A stretch of 64,000 bases of DNA from the human T2T-CHM13v2.0 reference genome, Homo sapiens (GCF_009914755.1 NC_060926.1); one strand, 5' to 3'. Shown: positions 11,029-24,794, counted from the stretch's first letter. Made by a program: numbers and translations. The notes: generated from the sequence alone by a model not told the origin.

Positions 11029-13434
11029 GCCTTAAGTCTCAAAGTATACAATCCTTGTTTCAAGTTGAAGGTCTTCCTTAGTTCTGCATCATCCTTTAGT
11101 CATTCTCCAGGCCCTTCTGTCATACCCTGAGGGTACACAGGGCCCAAGCCCTGGAGAGAAGGGGAAAGTAGGCCTCCATTAGTCATTTCCTGGCTTCCAT
11201 GGCTGTCGGAATTCCCCTGCTCTGCCATGGCAGCATATTAATATGTCGCAGCGAGCATGTGTATGTTTAATTCTGATGACATGTGGCGCATAAGTGATTA
11301 GTGGCAAATGCCAAAATGCTAGGCTGGAGCCCTGATGCTATTCATAATAACATTCATAAGAGTATTCCCCCAGGATGCAGCTTTCTGTTTCTCCAACATA
11401 AATAGCTTGGGAGGCCAAATCACAAACACGATTTCTCTTCATGCTCCACCTGGCCATTCGTAACAAGCATTAGATGTGAAATTTGATTTAAAGCAGCAGT
11501 TAAACTCGGAAAATCACAATGGTGTCAAGCCCATTGTTTATTTTAAAGATCAAGAGAAAACCAAAGGTGAGCAACTAATTCTTTATTTTATTTTATTTTT
11601 TTGTGGTAACAGTGTCTTGATGACAGGCTAATGTGCAGCTCAAAATAAAGGTACCTGGGTAGAAATAACCCCTCAAACATCATTGAGGCAATATGCCAAG
11701 AGGCGCTTGGTAAATGGCTGTGAAGGAGGACAGATTATCCTGTTGAAAGGCTGCTGAGATGCGGCTCCACTTGACAATGGTGGGACTTTTGTCACAGGAA
11801 AATTAGATGCCTTTGGATAGGTCTGAGATTGTTCTTATCTTTTCCATATAGCAAAAAGCTACCACTCAGAAAGAAAACAGAGAGTTGAAGGAGTACCCTG
11901 ATTGAATGCCTTCCAGAAAAAGGATTGTTTTGAGAGAAACACTTTAATTTGCTTCAGATGATTCTGTGGAGGCTTATTGCTGAAGTGGTTCCATTTCAGC
12001 ACAGGTTTAGCTGGCTCTGAAGAGAGAAGTGATTTTTAAAAATCTTAGGGAATACAAAGCATTTATCCATTAACCTGAGTCACCAACCAGTTTTCACAAC
12101 AAGGCAGCCTAGGAGCTAGTGGTGGCCAGGATATGTTTTGTTTGTTTGGCTCAGTGTTTGCTGCTTGTTTTTTAAAGAATTTGAACACCGCTGGACTGCT
12201 TGTGCTGTCTCCAGTTTCTCACAGCATGCCCACTTCCTATGGGGCTGCTCCAGGCTGCCTCCCATATTTGTCTACAAAGGGATTGGAGTCCAAGGTGCAT
12301 TGTTACAGCTTGTGGGTTCCATCGAAACATGACACCTAGTTATTCCCATCCTACTTTGTATCTTGTGACCACAGAACCCTCCTAACAAAGGTTTGTGGAT
12401 GGTAGGTGACTCCCTGAAGCTCAGCCCTAGTCCTAGAGAAATATTACAGAGTCCCCCTGTGCTGATGGTAGGTCACGGACCCTAGCCATCTCCAAAGGAC
12501 AGAGTCCTTTTCTTGCTAGTGCCCCTACTGATAGAAATGTTGAACAAAGGGCCAGTGGCCGTTTTCTAGCAGTGGTTAATTGCAGTGAGTTCTATTGTGG
12601 CAGAAAGGTTTGAAAACCATCTCTCGCCTGCCCTCACAATAACCTGAATTGTGGTTCTTGGTTAGACTAGGGCAAAGGGGTGGTGACATGAGAACACGAA
12701 CCCTGGAGCTGGACTGCTGGGTTCCAATCCCAGTTCCCTTTTTGCTCCTTCCTAGGGGTGTGAACTGAGATGCAGGGGCAGCTTTTTAGGGGAAGGATGT
12801 ATAAGTTGGGTGACAGATTGATGCAGGAAAGAGGAAGAACAATTGGAAATGGCTTTGACATTAGTTTGAATTCCAAAAGTGGGCAAGTAAATACCAACGC
12901 GGTGCTTGGATTAATGAGAGGGTGGAAATGGAAAGGGATCCACTAGTTAACAAAGTTTAACAACCACTGACATCAGGGTCAGTGTGGAAGGAAGGAACTC
13001 ATGGCGTGCTCAGCCAAAGTACTTTAGAGAATGTCCTAGTTTGAAACTTTTTCAGTCACTGAGATTTAAAATAATAATAATAATAATGGCAAAATTGTCA
13101 TGAAAAAAAGTCAAAAGAGGCTAAAGTGGCTCAGTTGCAACAAGACCCAGGAAGGATATGAGAGGCACATGTGCCCTTGCAGGGCGTGACTTTCCACAAC
13201 CGGTGTGTGTGGTGGGGGTGCTCAGAGCAGTCCTGCCCCACATTCCCTCCAGCCTACTTGCCTTTGTCTGCCTGAAGGACACGCTCTTCTCTGCTGTTTG
13301 TCTATGTGGGTAAAGGTCTCAGCCAAGAGAAATTTTTAAGTAAATTAAAAACTCAAGCAGGCTGATCCATAGCCACGCTCATAAGAAGCCTGCCTCAAGT
13401 GACTGTTTATTTTCTTTATTCCTTGATTTTTTTC

Positions 13435-13580
13435 ACAAATAAGTATAGTTACATGCCTGTTATATGCCAGCCTCTGTTCTGGGCCCAAAGTGAGGGTAAC
13501 ATCTTCAACCCCTGTGTGCTCCCAGAACAGGAAATGAGATGCATATACAAACAAGTGGGATGCAGAGCCCTGGGAGGGAT
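13435..13580 (-). mobile_element. L2 fragment
   Basis: cacaaataagtat..tgcctgttatatgccagcctctgttctggg..ccctgtgtgctc. Confidence 0.5.
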
Positions 13581-15632
13581 CATGGTCAGGGCAGACAGTT
13601 CCCTGTTTACAGATACGCTGCATTTCAAAAGTTAGCTTTCAAACTCTTGGTTAAGAATCTGGATTCATTTTCCAGTACAGACTTTCTTTTCATGCATATA
13701 TGCTTTTTTTTTTTTTTGTTGTTGTTGTTGCAGATAGCAAATGTTTATTGAATGCCTACCATGGAAAGAACTGAAAATACCAGGAAGATAAAACTTTGAA
13801 TCCCCTTCAAGTCAGGGAGTCATCTATACTTAACAAACCAGCAAAATGAAATGCTGGGCTTGGTGCTGTGTGTGGGAAGTGGCAATGGAAGGGCCCCAGG
13901 CAGGGCCCTAATGAATGGAGTGATTAATACACTTGACTTCTTTTTCTTTTTCTTCCCCTTCTCTATCACACCGAAGCTTCCATTTCTTCCATTTAGCTGT
14001 TATGCTAGGTGCTAGGAGGAAAGCAATAGTTTAAACTAATTTAAGTTTAGATGTGACTAGAACTGATGGGAGATTGTCAATAACCTCTGAGGGGAAACTT
14101 TCTGTGTCTTAATGATCTAAGACTCAGGCTTGGGGTTTTATATGACTGAAAGTCACAAAATACCTTAATCCGCTCTTCACGCAGAGGGGAGATCTTGCGG
14201 TGTGCTTGCACTCACACCCATGAATTTCACCTGCTTCTGGAGATGATTTTGCTCCAGTTCCTATGGTGTGTGTTCCCAGGGTGTTTCTCCTTGAAAGTGC
14301 AGTTTTTTTTCTTCATTCTTTGCTTTGGGACTTCAGGTTCTAAAGTCAGTGTCAAGGCAAAAAAGCCTGTAGAGTCACAATTGTCCTTGAAAATCACTTA
14401 GCAAGGGATTACATTGGAGACCCAATTTTACCCTGTCTCAGTGAGTACCACCCAACCACTTTTTCCTTCCCTCTTAGAAAAAGGGACGTGATTGTTCAGT
14501 TGGAAAGCAGGAGAGGTAGTTGGGTCCAAGAAATAGAAAAACACAAATCGTGAAACAAACATTTCACTCAGAGTGGTGACTGATCACTCCCTTAGAAGCA
14601 TGAGGTCGTTGCAACAAACCCATGTAGACAACTGTAGATGCCCAGGTCTCATCTCAAATTTGCTGCCTGCCTTAGAGACATGGGATTCTGCAGTTGAGTC
14701 CTTATGGCTGGGCGTGGGGGTGGAGGGGGGCTCCTTTCCTGTAAAGAGCACACAGATGCTCTAAATGTCCGCTCCCTGACCGCCATTAACACCGCTCAGG
14801 CCCCAGGGAAATGCTTTCCTTCATCTCTGGTCCTGCGTCCTTGAAACAGAAGGTGGGCCTGTCTGATTGCCAGGAAGGCTTTTGGCTCGTGCCCCTGCGA
14901 AAGGCAGAGTCAGACACAGCTTTGGACTTCAGAGAAGATTTAAGCAGCAAAACTGCTTAGGTAAGAAGAGAAAACAAATGAATTACCTTGTCGGAGGCTT
15001 CCTCTCACATATCAGCGATGCAATAGATTCATGTATAATGAACTGTGGTTTCACAGCAGTACTGAGTGCCCATTTCCTTGCTGCTTTTTTTTCTTACAAT
15101 TTGTGGTTTCGGAGATATTCACAGATTCCCAACACTTGCACATGGCGACTGAGGAACATTTTTTCAACATTAAAAAATTTATATCGCTCTTCACTCTGCA
15201 TATTTAGGCAATATTGATTCTTTGCATTGGCAACTGGAGAGGCATGGACTGCTATAATTAGGAATACTCTTATTTTTTAAATGGTTAATAAGATTTAATT
15301 TACATTAAAATGAATAAAAATTAGCTTTAAATATCTCTGATATAAATAGTTGGAATATATTCAGTATAGTTAATATTTTATGTTTTAATTTTCATTTACA
15401 TTTTAAAATTTAATGTAATTTGAATTTTTTATTACAAATGTTCAAATTTTATACATTGAATACAATCACATTTTATTTTAGAATAAACATTATATTAAAA
15501 CTATTGATTTGAATAACATTAGCAATTTTGCTGAAATGAAAGCAAGGAAAGTTAGTTTTGTGAAACAAATATATAATAACTTATGAATTATTTATGCTTT
15601 TATTGCGTAACTCATCCAATATTACTAAAGTA

Positions 15633-15993
15633 CAGATGGTACCTGACTTACGATGGAGTGACTTATGATATTTTGATGTTAGGATGACATAAAAGCGATA
15701 CACATTCGGGAGAAAGCACTCTGTGAGTACCCATACAACCATTCTTTTTTTCACTTTCAGTTCAGTATTCAATAAATTACATGAGATATTCAACACTTTC
15801 CTAGAAAATAGGCTTTGTGTTAGATGATTTTGCCCAACCGTAGGCTAATATAAGCGTTCTGAGCACATTTAAGGTAAGCTAGGCTGAGCTATGATGTGGG
15901 TTAGGTGTATTAAATGTGTTTTCAACTTATGTTATTTTCAATGTATGATGAATTTATCGGGATGTAGGCCCACAGTAAGTTGAGGAATATCTG
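15633..15993 (-). mobile_element. MER47A-like Tigger-family MITE
   Basis: TIR-like ends cagatggtacctgacttacg / agtaagttgaggaatatctg; TA on the left flank; 361 bp. Confidence 0.85.
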
Positions 15994-16107
15994 AATTAAC
16001 AGAACACCCAGACATGTACAATGATTAGTCAATTTGCTGATCTTTGGTATTTTGTGACTTTCAGTCATATAAAACCCTAACTTTAAACATATTTTTAAAA
16101 TTTTGTC

Positions 16108-16447
<340 letters not shown>

Positions 16448-16618
16448 TTATTGAACAATTCATCAGCTTGGTTTGTAACTTTAAAATATTTATGTGGCCT
16501 TCCATTTGTATTCTCATACTGACTACAAGTCAGAATTACCCGAACTATTGAACTGTTACCTAGTCTCACTAGCAAATAGTTGAATTCTATAAATTACTAG
16601 TCTATGGCATTATGGGAA

Positions 16619-16906
16619 TTTTTTTTTTTAAAGACAGGGTCTCACTCTTGTCACCTTAGGCTGTGCAGTGGTACAATCATAGCTCATAGTCGCCTCAACT
16701 CTTGGGCTCAAGCCGTCTTCCCGCCTCAGTCTCCCAAGTAGCTGGGAATGCAGGCACGCGCCCATACCCAGTTGACTTTTATTTTTTGTAGAGATGGGGT
16801 TCTCACTATGTTGTGTAGGCTGATTTTGAACTCCTGACCTCAAGCAGTCTTCCTGCCTCAGCCTCCCACAGTGTTAAGATTACAGGCGTGAGCTACCACA
16901 CCGGCT
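16619..16906 (-). mobile_element. AluJ (Jo/Jr-like)
   Basis: Poly-T, then agacagggtctcactc..atcatagctca..gggctcaagc; decayed TSD tatgggaattt / tatgagatttt. Confidence 0.95.
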
Positions 16907-18549
16907 ATGAGATTTTATTCTAACACTGTGATTTAATTAGGCTTCTGAACTCATGCATCTGCTGGAGTCTGGCAGTGTTTGGCCGCTTCATTTAAAAACT
17001 TGATGCTAATGGCCAGGTAATTGTTTCAAAGATCACCATTGATGAAGTGTCCAGATCTATCAGCCACAAATGCTGTGAAGGAGAGAATGGCTATCTTCCA
17101 TTTCCTTTGGCTTTGCTGTACTTTTAGTTCAGAGTAGCAGTGGCCCTTCAAGGTTTGAAAAAGCTGAAAACATCAGAGAGGATGCAGTGGACAAATATTG
17201 AGTCAGTCCTTATTAAAGAAAAGAAATTTTTGAGTGGGCGACATATCCCAAAAGGTACCAGTTTCCTAAGAGCCAGATAAGATAAGAACACAGATAAGAT
17301 CTGTGTACAGATCTTAGGTTTATCAAATGGCTTCAGCTCCCCTACCGCCCATCCATTCCCTTTATTTAAATTGGGTGTCAATGTGATAGTTTTTAAAAAA
17401 TTATAGAATAATCATTTAAAAATCATTCATGACTCATCATCCTAACACACCTGTTTTTATTGTTACATGTTAACTTACTCGTACATGTACACTACTGCAT
17501 TGTTCCAATCAGCATCCATATGTTATTCTGATTTTTTGTTTTAAATGTTACATTGTATATTTTTCTATGTTCCCATAGTCCTTATAATTCCCATTTTAGA
17601 GTCTATATAATATGATGACATGATTTTACATGCCTTTTTTTGTAACATGGAAATTTGAGAACAAAAGAAGAAACTGATTCATATCCCTAGATCCTTTGAG
17701 TTTTTATTAGTCTTATCACTCTTTAAAACCCCTACTGACTTATTTCCATGATGCAAGCAAGATAATTTGTTAATCAAAAGTTTAATTAACACACATACTA
17801 GAGTTACATATTTATTTTAGGCCAAATTTTAAAATGTAATAGACTTAACCTTGATATATGGCACCCCCATGTAATTGATGTATATAGGACATTTATGCCT
17901 GTTTTCTAGGTCTTTTCTTTCATTGCTTTATAAGGCTTTAAAAATGTATACAGGGATTTATTGTTGTGTCTTCGCTTCTATGACAAATTGTTTGCCATAC
18001 CTGTGATTTATTTTTCACTAATTTGTTCCCAGAGAACAACCTTGAAATGTAGCTCTCCAATACAATGCTGACCCTATGAGGAAATGATGATCTGCCTTCT
18101 AGAAACACATTAGGGTAAACAGTAGACACTGCTGGTATTTGCACCAAGTACCAGTCAAGGGCAGGCCCCTGTATGAATAAGAGGCGAAGGTCAGTGGTCA
18201 CCAGCGGGCTCAGGAGGAGACAGGGGCTTGTCTGGCATAGCCCACTATCATGGGCATTTCGTCAGTCACAGAGATCAGCACAGGAGACCTCGCAGGAGAA
18301 ATGGCAAGCCAGAAGCGGGGGTGTGTTTTGAGGAAGGGGGTGAAGTGCAGAGATGTGACTCCTCAGAGAAGCATGTGGGCAAGTCTTGAAATAACAGAGA
18401 AAGAACTAGTTAGTAGATTAAAGCAGATTTTCAAATTACATTTAAAAAATTCTCTTAATTGGCATAGAGATCTCTAGACCAGGGCAATCTACATTTTTAT
18501 TGAGACTCTATACTGAGTGCCCAGCATGGCAATAGCGTACTGCACTCAC

Positions 18550-18960
18550 CCTTTTATTCACCCATTAATAGTGAGCACCCACTATGTGCCAGGCATGTGC
18601 TGGGCCTCAGAGACACAAAGCCATGAAGAAATGGTCTCCACCTTCCATTTTCTTCTGGTGTAATGAGAAAGACAGACACGCACATAAACCAGATGTTGCA
18701 ATTCAGAGCAAAAAGTCTTAAAACAGTGTTAGGGCCAAGTGCCTTGGAAGCATTCATTTATTCAGTAAGCGTTTATTGAGTTTCTGTTGTGCACCAGGCA
18801 TTGTGCTAGGTGCTGGACATGTAGGAGAGAACAAAGAGGGTAAAACTCCTAGCATTGTGGAATTGACAGCTTGGTGACGCTAGAATTCCTCTTAGAGAAA
18901 GAATTTTGTGCCTCTGCCTGTGTCTTGGAAAGCTTCCTGGAGATGCTGGCAAGGCTAAGT
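18550..18960 (-). mobile_element. L2 fragments (two 3' ends)
   Basis: gagcacccactatgtgccaggcatgtgctggg and cattcatttattcagtaagcgtttattgag..ccaggcattgtgctaggtgctgg. Confidence 0.75.
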
Positions 18961-18969
18961 TTACAGGGC

Positions 18970-19175
18970 AGTAGGAATGAGGAAGTGGAAATGAAGGTGG
19001 GATAGGGGCAGCAAAGGAGTATGGGAGAGATAGAGGTGGAGCAGGGGCAGTAATGGAGATGAGATGGGAGCAGAAATGGAATGGAGTGGAGTAGAGAGCA
19101 GGGATGGGGCTGCAATGAGGGTAGGATGGAGATAGGGTAGATTGTGGGGACAGGGATGAAGGTGAGGTGGACAGG
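18970..19175 (+). repeat. G/A-rich low-complexity tract
   Basis: Degenerate GGAG(A/T)/GGAAT units with very few C on the + strand. Confidence 0.7.
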
Positions 19176-20147
19176 CAGATCTTTTTCTAGTATGCAGAGA
19201 CAAGTGTGCAATGGCACAGAAAAGTGAAGCAACATGGTTAGGGCCTGAATATATGCCCCATATGTAAAGATCCAGATGACCCAGCCAGGTCCCAAGGGGC
19301 ATGTAATAGTGTTGGGCAGACAAGGTGAATGCATGAAACGGGCAAAGCAATGCCCCACCTGGTCAAGAGAGCTGCTGAATTTTGCACCTTTGGTTGTAAA
19401 TTGCTCATTAGCAGAATCTGAGTAGCGGGCCTGTTGCAGTAACCGCCAGCCTGGTCTCTGTACCTCGGTCTTCATCCCTGTCCTATCCCTTCTGTCATTC
19501 ATTAAATATTTACTAACACCTCCTAAGTCCTGGGCCCAGTAGATTCTGTTCATATATAGTTAATTTAAAGACAAAGTCTGTCTCCAGAGCCTAGGAGCTA
19601 TTAGATAAGTTTGTACAATCCCAAGGAGTTAAGAGCTTTCTCAGGAATAGAAACCAAATCTAAGTGGAATGTAAAGAGGAGCTGGCTAATATTATCAGGG
19701 GCGCTTTGTTGCTGACATTTCGTTACAATTTTCTGAATGCTTCATGTATTTTCCTTCATTCTTAACTGACATTTTTGCTGAAGCTTGCTTCTCACCCTCT
19801 TGCTTAGAGATATCTTCAGCTGCTAGGCTCACCGTGGTCCAGGTCCACAAATCTCTCAAATTTGTATTATAACTATTATAACAATTAACTGAACATGTGT
19901 ATTGGGTGCCTGCTCAGACTGAAAACTGCTTAAGGACAGGAGACTTCTTTTGGAGCCTTAACTAAGAACATTACAGGTGTTCCAAAAATATTTGTTTTTT
20001 AGCAAAATTGGAGCAATTAGAAAAGAATCCATTAAGTTTAGCAACTGAAGCAATTAGAGAATAATTCATTTTTAAAAACTTTAGAATATCAGAGTTAAAG
20101 TGTATGGCTTGGCTTTTTGATAAAGCTATTGACCTTTGGATTCCTTT

Positions 20148-20641
20148 TGTCAAATTCTGACTCTCCAAATATCACCAGCACACAACCAGTTGAGGAGAGA
20201 AAACTGAATTTATTGTTTGCTGCAGTAAGGAAGAAAACCACCTTGACAGCTTTGGTGGTGTCTTGGAACAGGGCAAAGCATGGTTGGAATTTGTTGAGAA
20301 GTGGAAGTTTGATTTAAGGCAGACCTAGATCTTTCAATGGGGAGGACTTGATTAGAATGGGTAAGGATCATGATAGAAAAGTTTAGAATTGGTGGAAATA
20401 GCAAGGTAAGGATTTTTGAGGCAGAAGACTTAAAGAATTTTAGGGAATAAACTGCTCTTGATGAATTCTTTTTATGAGAGTTCTTTGGGTCCTTTGAGAA
20501 GTTCCTATAATGAACAGTCAAATTATCTGCCTGGACAAGACTCTCCTGGCATACTAAGATGGTGCTAGTGATGACAATGAAATAGTAAAGTCATGTATGT
20601 AGACAGTAAGCTGTGTGGGGTGTGGATAGTTTTGGTTCTCA
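20148..20641 (-). mobile_element. Probable solo LTR, family uncertain
   Basis: TG..CA ends, about 490 bp, antisense polyA signal (tttatt) near 20210. Confidence 0.5.
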
Positions 20642-21531
20642 CTTGCTAGCCAAGCAGGAAGTAATTGATGGCTAGAAAACAAAACACAAAAGGCTTTCTC
20701 TAACGTTTTGTTTGGGAGTTTGAATTTTCACTTAGGCACATGCAGAGGCAAAGAGGTCTCCTGTCCATGGAAATGTGTTTCATGGATAAGAAGAGGTCAG
20801 TCGTCAGGTTACTGGGTGCTGACCCCTGGGATTTGTCAAACACACGTCAGCGGCTGGCTTCCTTAACGGCTTTCTTAACAGCTGATGCCGAGTGCTGCCT
20901 GCAATGATGCAGTGAGTTTCCATGTTCCCTTGTTTCTGTGTCACATCTTTCTCTTGACATTTATCCTTCTATGAGATGTTTACTAATGCAGAGACCCACC
21001 AGATGAAAATGTCCAATAACATCATGATACTTTATTTCATAATTTATTGGGTCAGAAAACTGCAATGTCTCTTCCATTTCATGCTGACTGCCACCAACTC
21101 ACTTCTAAGTATACTGTAAGAATCATGCCTTTCTTTAATCATGCGGCAAAATCTCACCCAAGGAATCTGAAATTGGTTTTTCTCCCCTTCTGTCCAGACA
21201 CTGCAGCCCCAGACATCTTTTTGGTACCTTTCTGAGTAAAATGGGAGGACAATGGTGTGATGCAGATTTCAGCAATAAATAATTTTGTCTCTTACAGCCA
21301 GCTCTCCGCAACCCCCTGCAGGCTGTTTGCAAACTGCAGTTTTTCAAATACCACCTTGCATGGTATTAAACCCTCTTGAGCTGAGCATTGGAGAATAGTC
21401 AAAATAAGCTATTGAGTTCTGGGTGATAGCAGGTGGGCAGAAACTGAAGCCAGAGCTGCCATTGCCACACGGCAAGGTTTCTGCAAATCGCCTTCCTCCC
21501 CAACAGAGAATTTGACTCTGGTGCTTTCTTT

Positions 21532-21866
21532 TCTTTTTCCTTTCCTTCGTGTTTTTTTGTTTGTTTGTTTGTTTTGTTTTGTTTTGAGACAGAGTCTCGC
21601 TCTGTCACGCAGGCTGGAGTACAATGGCGCGATCTTGGCTCACTGCAACCTCCGCCTCAAGGTTCAAGGGATTCTCCAGCCTCAGCCTCCTGAATAGCTG
21701 GGAGTACAGGCATGCGCCACCATGCCTGGCTAATTTTTGTATTTTTAGTAGAGACAGGGTTTCACCGTGTTGTGGTCAGGCTAGTCTTGAACTCCTGACC
21801 TCGTGATCCGCCTGCCTCAGCCTCCCAAAGTGCTGGGATTACAGACATGAGCCACCGTGCCTGGCC
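21532..21866 (-). mobile_element. AluS (Sg-like) with (TTTG)n tail
   Basis: Full dimer with the cctgacctcgtgatccgcc diagnostic; TSD tggtgctttcttt (21519-31) / tagtgcttacttt (21867-79). Confidence 0.96.
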
Positions 21867-22729
21867 TAGTGCTTACTTTATTAATGGAAGCTGTTTGAAT
21901 TTTCATTTGGTTGTCTTGGGTTTGAGGGCTTCTCATCAGCCCTTTTTTATTGTTTCACTTTTCAAAAACATTCCACTTTGCTTCTCATCATCTTTGTTCC
22001 TCAGTTGAACTGAGAGCAAGTGTGATTTTAATGAAGCACTGATCCTTTTTTTTAAGAGCTTTTCAGCAGGCCTAGATGATTGGCATTTATTATCATTTTG
22101 TGTCTGCCTTCTGCTCAGAATATAAAGGAATCTTGGAATTATTTTCTCTCTTCTCTTATAGGCCCAAAGGGGTCTCACTTCTCTCCCCCTTCCTTGCTTT
22201 TTAAAATTTTACATCTCCTACACCTTCTAGCATCCCCTGGTACAATCTCCTACAGGCCCTTCAAAATCTTTTGGGCACAAGTGGCTGGGCTGAGTCAGAC
22301 AGCTTGGAAATGCAAAAAGGCAGGCCAGGCAGAAAGATTGATGGTGGAATGTCAGCTTGCTGCCAGTGTCTGTACCATGTGGAACCATCAGGGTTTCCCT
22401 TGCCCTTTGTCTGTTCCAATATACTTTGCTTATCACCCAGGCTCTGGCAGGTCAAGGAAGACCTGACGTGGCAGCTTCTAGGGCTGAGATTTGCATGAAA
22501 GTGCTGGAATCAAAACTACCTGACTGATGTCTGCATGGAGCTCATAGGTCCCTAGGTTGTAACTGTACCTGCTAGGGCCACCACTGCTGATCAGCATAGA
22601 ATTGATGCAAAGCAGATGGCCACCAACATTGAGCTTTCTGCTCAGCTCCTCTCCTGGCTGTGCTTCATAGAATGCAAAGGTAAGTGGGCTTTCCACTGGC
22701 ACCTACTTTGTAATGGACATTTGATTATA

Positions 22730-22905
22730 GGCACTTGGCTGAGAGGCCTGTACATTTTTTAACATATTTACCTTCTGACTTTTCATTTCTTATCTGCATA
22801 TGGTTGTTACCTACACCTGGGATTCGTAAAAGTTCATCAGGAAAGCACATGTAAGGTACCAGAAACAGTGCCAGGCACAGGGCAGCCTCTCTATAGCTGT
22901 TTATT
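22730..22905 (+). mobile_element. MIR fragment
   Basis: tttcatttcttatctgcata..aagcacatgtaaggtaccagaaacagtgccaggcacag. Confidence 0.55.
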
Positions 22906-23467
22906 CCTTTCTTTCCTGCTTCCTTCACCTATACCCTCTGACACCTCAGCCAGGCTGCTGGTTGCTAGTAGGTGCCAAGGGAATGGTGCTGAAGTGAGTG
23001 CCCTCAGAGAAGAGACAAGAAAGCTTTCTGAGTGGGGTTTGAACTTCTTCCCTCTACTCTGCCAGCCAACTGAGCTAACAGAAGTTCAGCAACAGCTCAC
23101 CATTTCCTTTGAATCGGTGTCTCCAATTCTCAGTCTTCAAATAGCTCCAGCAGACAGCAGGGTTTTGTTTTTCCTTTATTTAGAACCAATTATGGTCTGG
23201 AACCAATTTGGTGAAAGGTGCCTGAGTTTTCCTTAGCAACCTAATTCTGTTTGCCTTATGTGCTTGACTTTTGCTGATTTTCAGCCCAAATTCCAGCTAT
23301 GTCCAGTGCTCAAAGGTGGATGCCAGAGGAAAAGGGCTGGTGGGATCAACCTGCCCCAGGTGCTTGAACAGAAATGCTCTGGGAAGAGGTAGAGGGGATG
23401 CTATTTTTTAGCATGGGGCTGTGGGAAGCTCTGGAGGCTAGCTGAGAGCCATTGCTATCTTTGAGGC

Positions 23468-23505
23468 TGTGTGTGTGTGTGTGTGTGTGTGTGTGCACGC
23501 GCGTG
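23468..23505. repeat. (TG)n microsatellite ending in cacgcgcgtg
   Basis: About 14 TG units continuing as alternating purine-pyrimidine. Confidence 0.95.
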
Positions 23506-23584
23506 AAATGCTTTGCCCTTTGATAGTCACAAGGGTCACCCATTCTTTCATTCTGTCCTCTGATACCTTCTCACCGCCACTCTC

Positions 23585-23825
23585 CCATTACTCTCTATTT
23601 CCACTCTGCTTTATTGTTCATCATAGTACTCACCTCTACTTGGCATTATGTTGTACAGTTATTTGTTTATAACGTGTCTTTCCAATTAAATGTAAGCTCT
23701 TTGAAGGCAGAGTCTTGCCCATGTTGCTCATTGCTCTATTCTCAGTGCCTTGAGCCATACCCAGTGCATATTAGGCACTCAATAAATATTCATTGAATGA
23801 ATGGATGAGTGGATAGGTAAATGTC
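23585..23825 (+). mobile_element. L2 3' end
   Basis: aatgtaagctctttgaaggcag..cagtgcct..taggcactcaataaatattcattgaatgaatggatga. Confidence 0.85.
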
Positions 23826-23989
23826 TTTGGTGTTTGGGACACCAAGCAGCAAGGTGAGAGGTTATTATATGACATGGGCTTGACAACAGGCTACATAGGG
23901 AGGAAACCTGGCAGATTAATGTTCTTTTAGTCTTTTCTTTCTTTCCTTCCCTTGCCTCTCATCCTCTACTCTATTTCACTTGTTTTACT

Positions 23990-24794
23990 ATATTCTTAGG
24001 ATTTACCTTTGGGCTGTTAAATAAATTTATTTACCAGTTTCTAATGATATCTTTTGACTTCTTAGCTATAGAAGATAATACAGTAGCTTCTTCCTTCCCC
24101 TTCTGTTAGTTATATTAGATCTACATTTTCAGGGTTTATAATATTTACCTGTTTTTAATCATAAATCCCAACTTGCTTTAGTCTTAGTCCTACATTTAAA
24201 TAGATTCAGTCTTCTTCACTAGGCCTTTGCTGTTGTTTTCCATTCAACTCTTGGGTGGCTGAAAACTTCTTCCCCTAATAGTTTCTTCAAGACATAACAA
24301 AATGTCTTGAATTGTTGTAAGTTCAAATATGGTTCATTTCTTTTATAATGAATGATAGTTTTTGCTGGGTATAAAATTTTTGAGTCACACTGTTTTTTGG
24401 AGGACTAGTACCAAAGGTATCACTCCACTATCTTCTAATGGTAAATGATACAATGGTAAAGTCTGAGGCCAATCTCATTTTTCCCCATCATAAGGAAGGA
24501 GTGACTGCCTGCCCAAATATTCTTTCTTTATCTTTGGAGTCTCATAAATGTACTAGATTATGGTTGTCACTTTTTTCCAGGATACTCTGTGACTTTCAAG
24601 ATGTAGTCAAGTACAATGTATTCAAGTCTTCTTTTATTTCTGGAAAATGTATTGAGTTACACCTTTAAATATTCTTTTATGTCTTTTGCTAATCTTCCTT
24701 ACCTATCATTTTCTTTCTAATCCCTTTAAATTTCTTATTTCCATTTCATTCTGTTCTTACTTTTTTCAATCACTGTTCTTTCCTTTCTGTTTCT
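23990..24794 (-). mobile_element. HAL1/old L1M-like element, part left of the L1PA insertion
   Basis: tttgctgggtataaaatttttgagtcacac..cactccactatcttct..aagtctgaggccaatct is an antisense ORF1-like signature of HAL1/L1M. Confidence 0.6.

Noticed and set aside
12518-12535. CTCF-like motif (tcagtaggggcacta on the minus strand)
   Set aside because: One base short in the core relative to the CTCF consensus
18849-19553. 234-aa ORF, the longest in the track
   Set aside because: Runs through a low-complexity tract and L2 fragments; biased P/S/L/H/C composition; no recognisable domain
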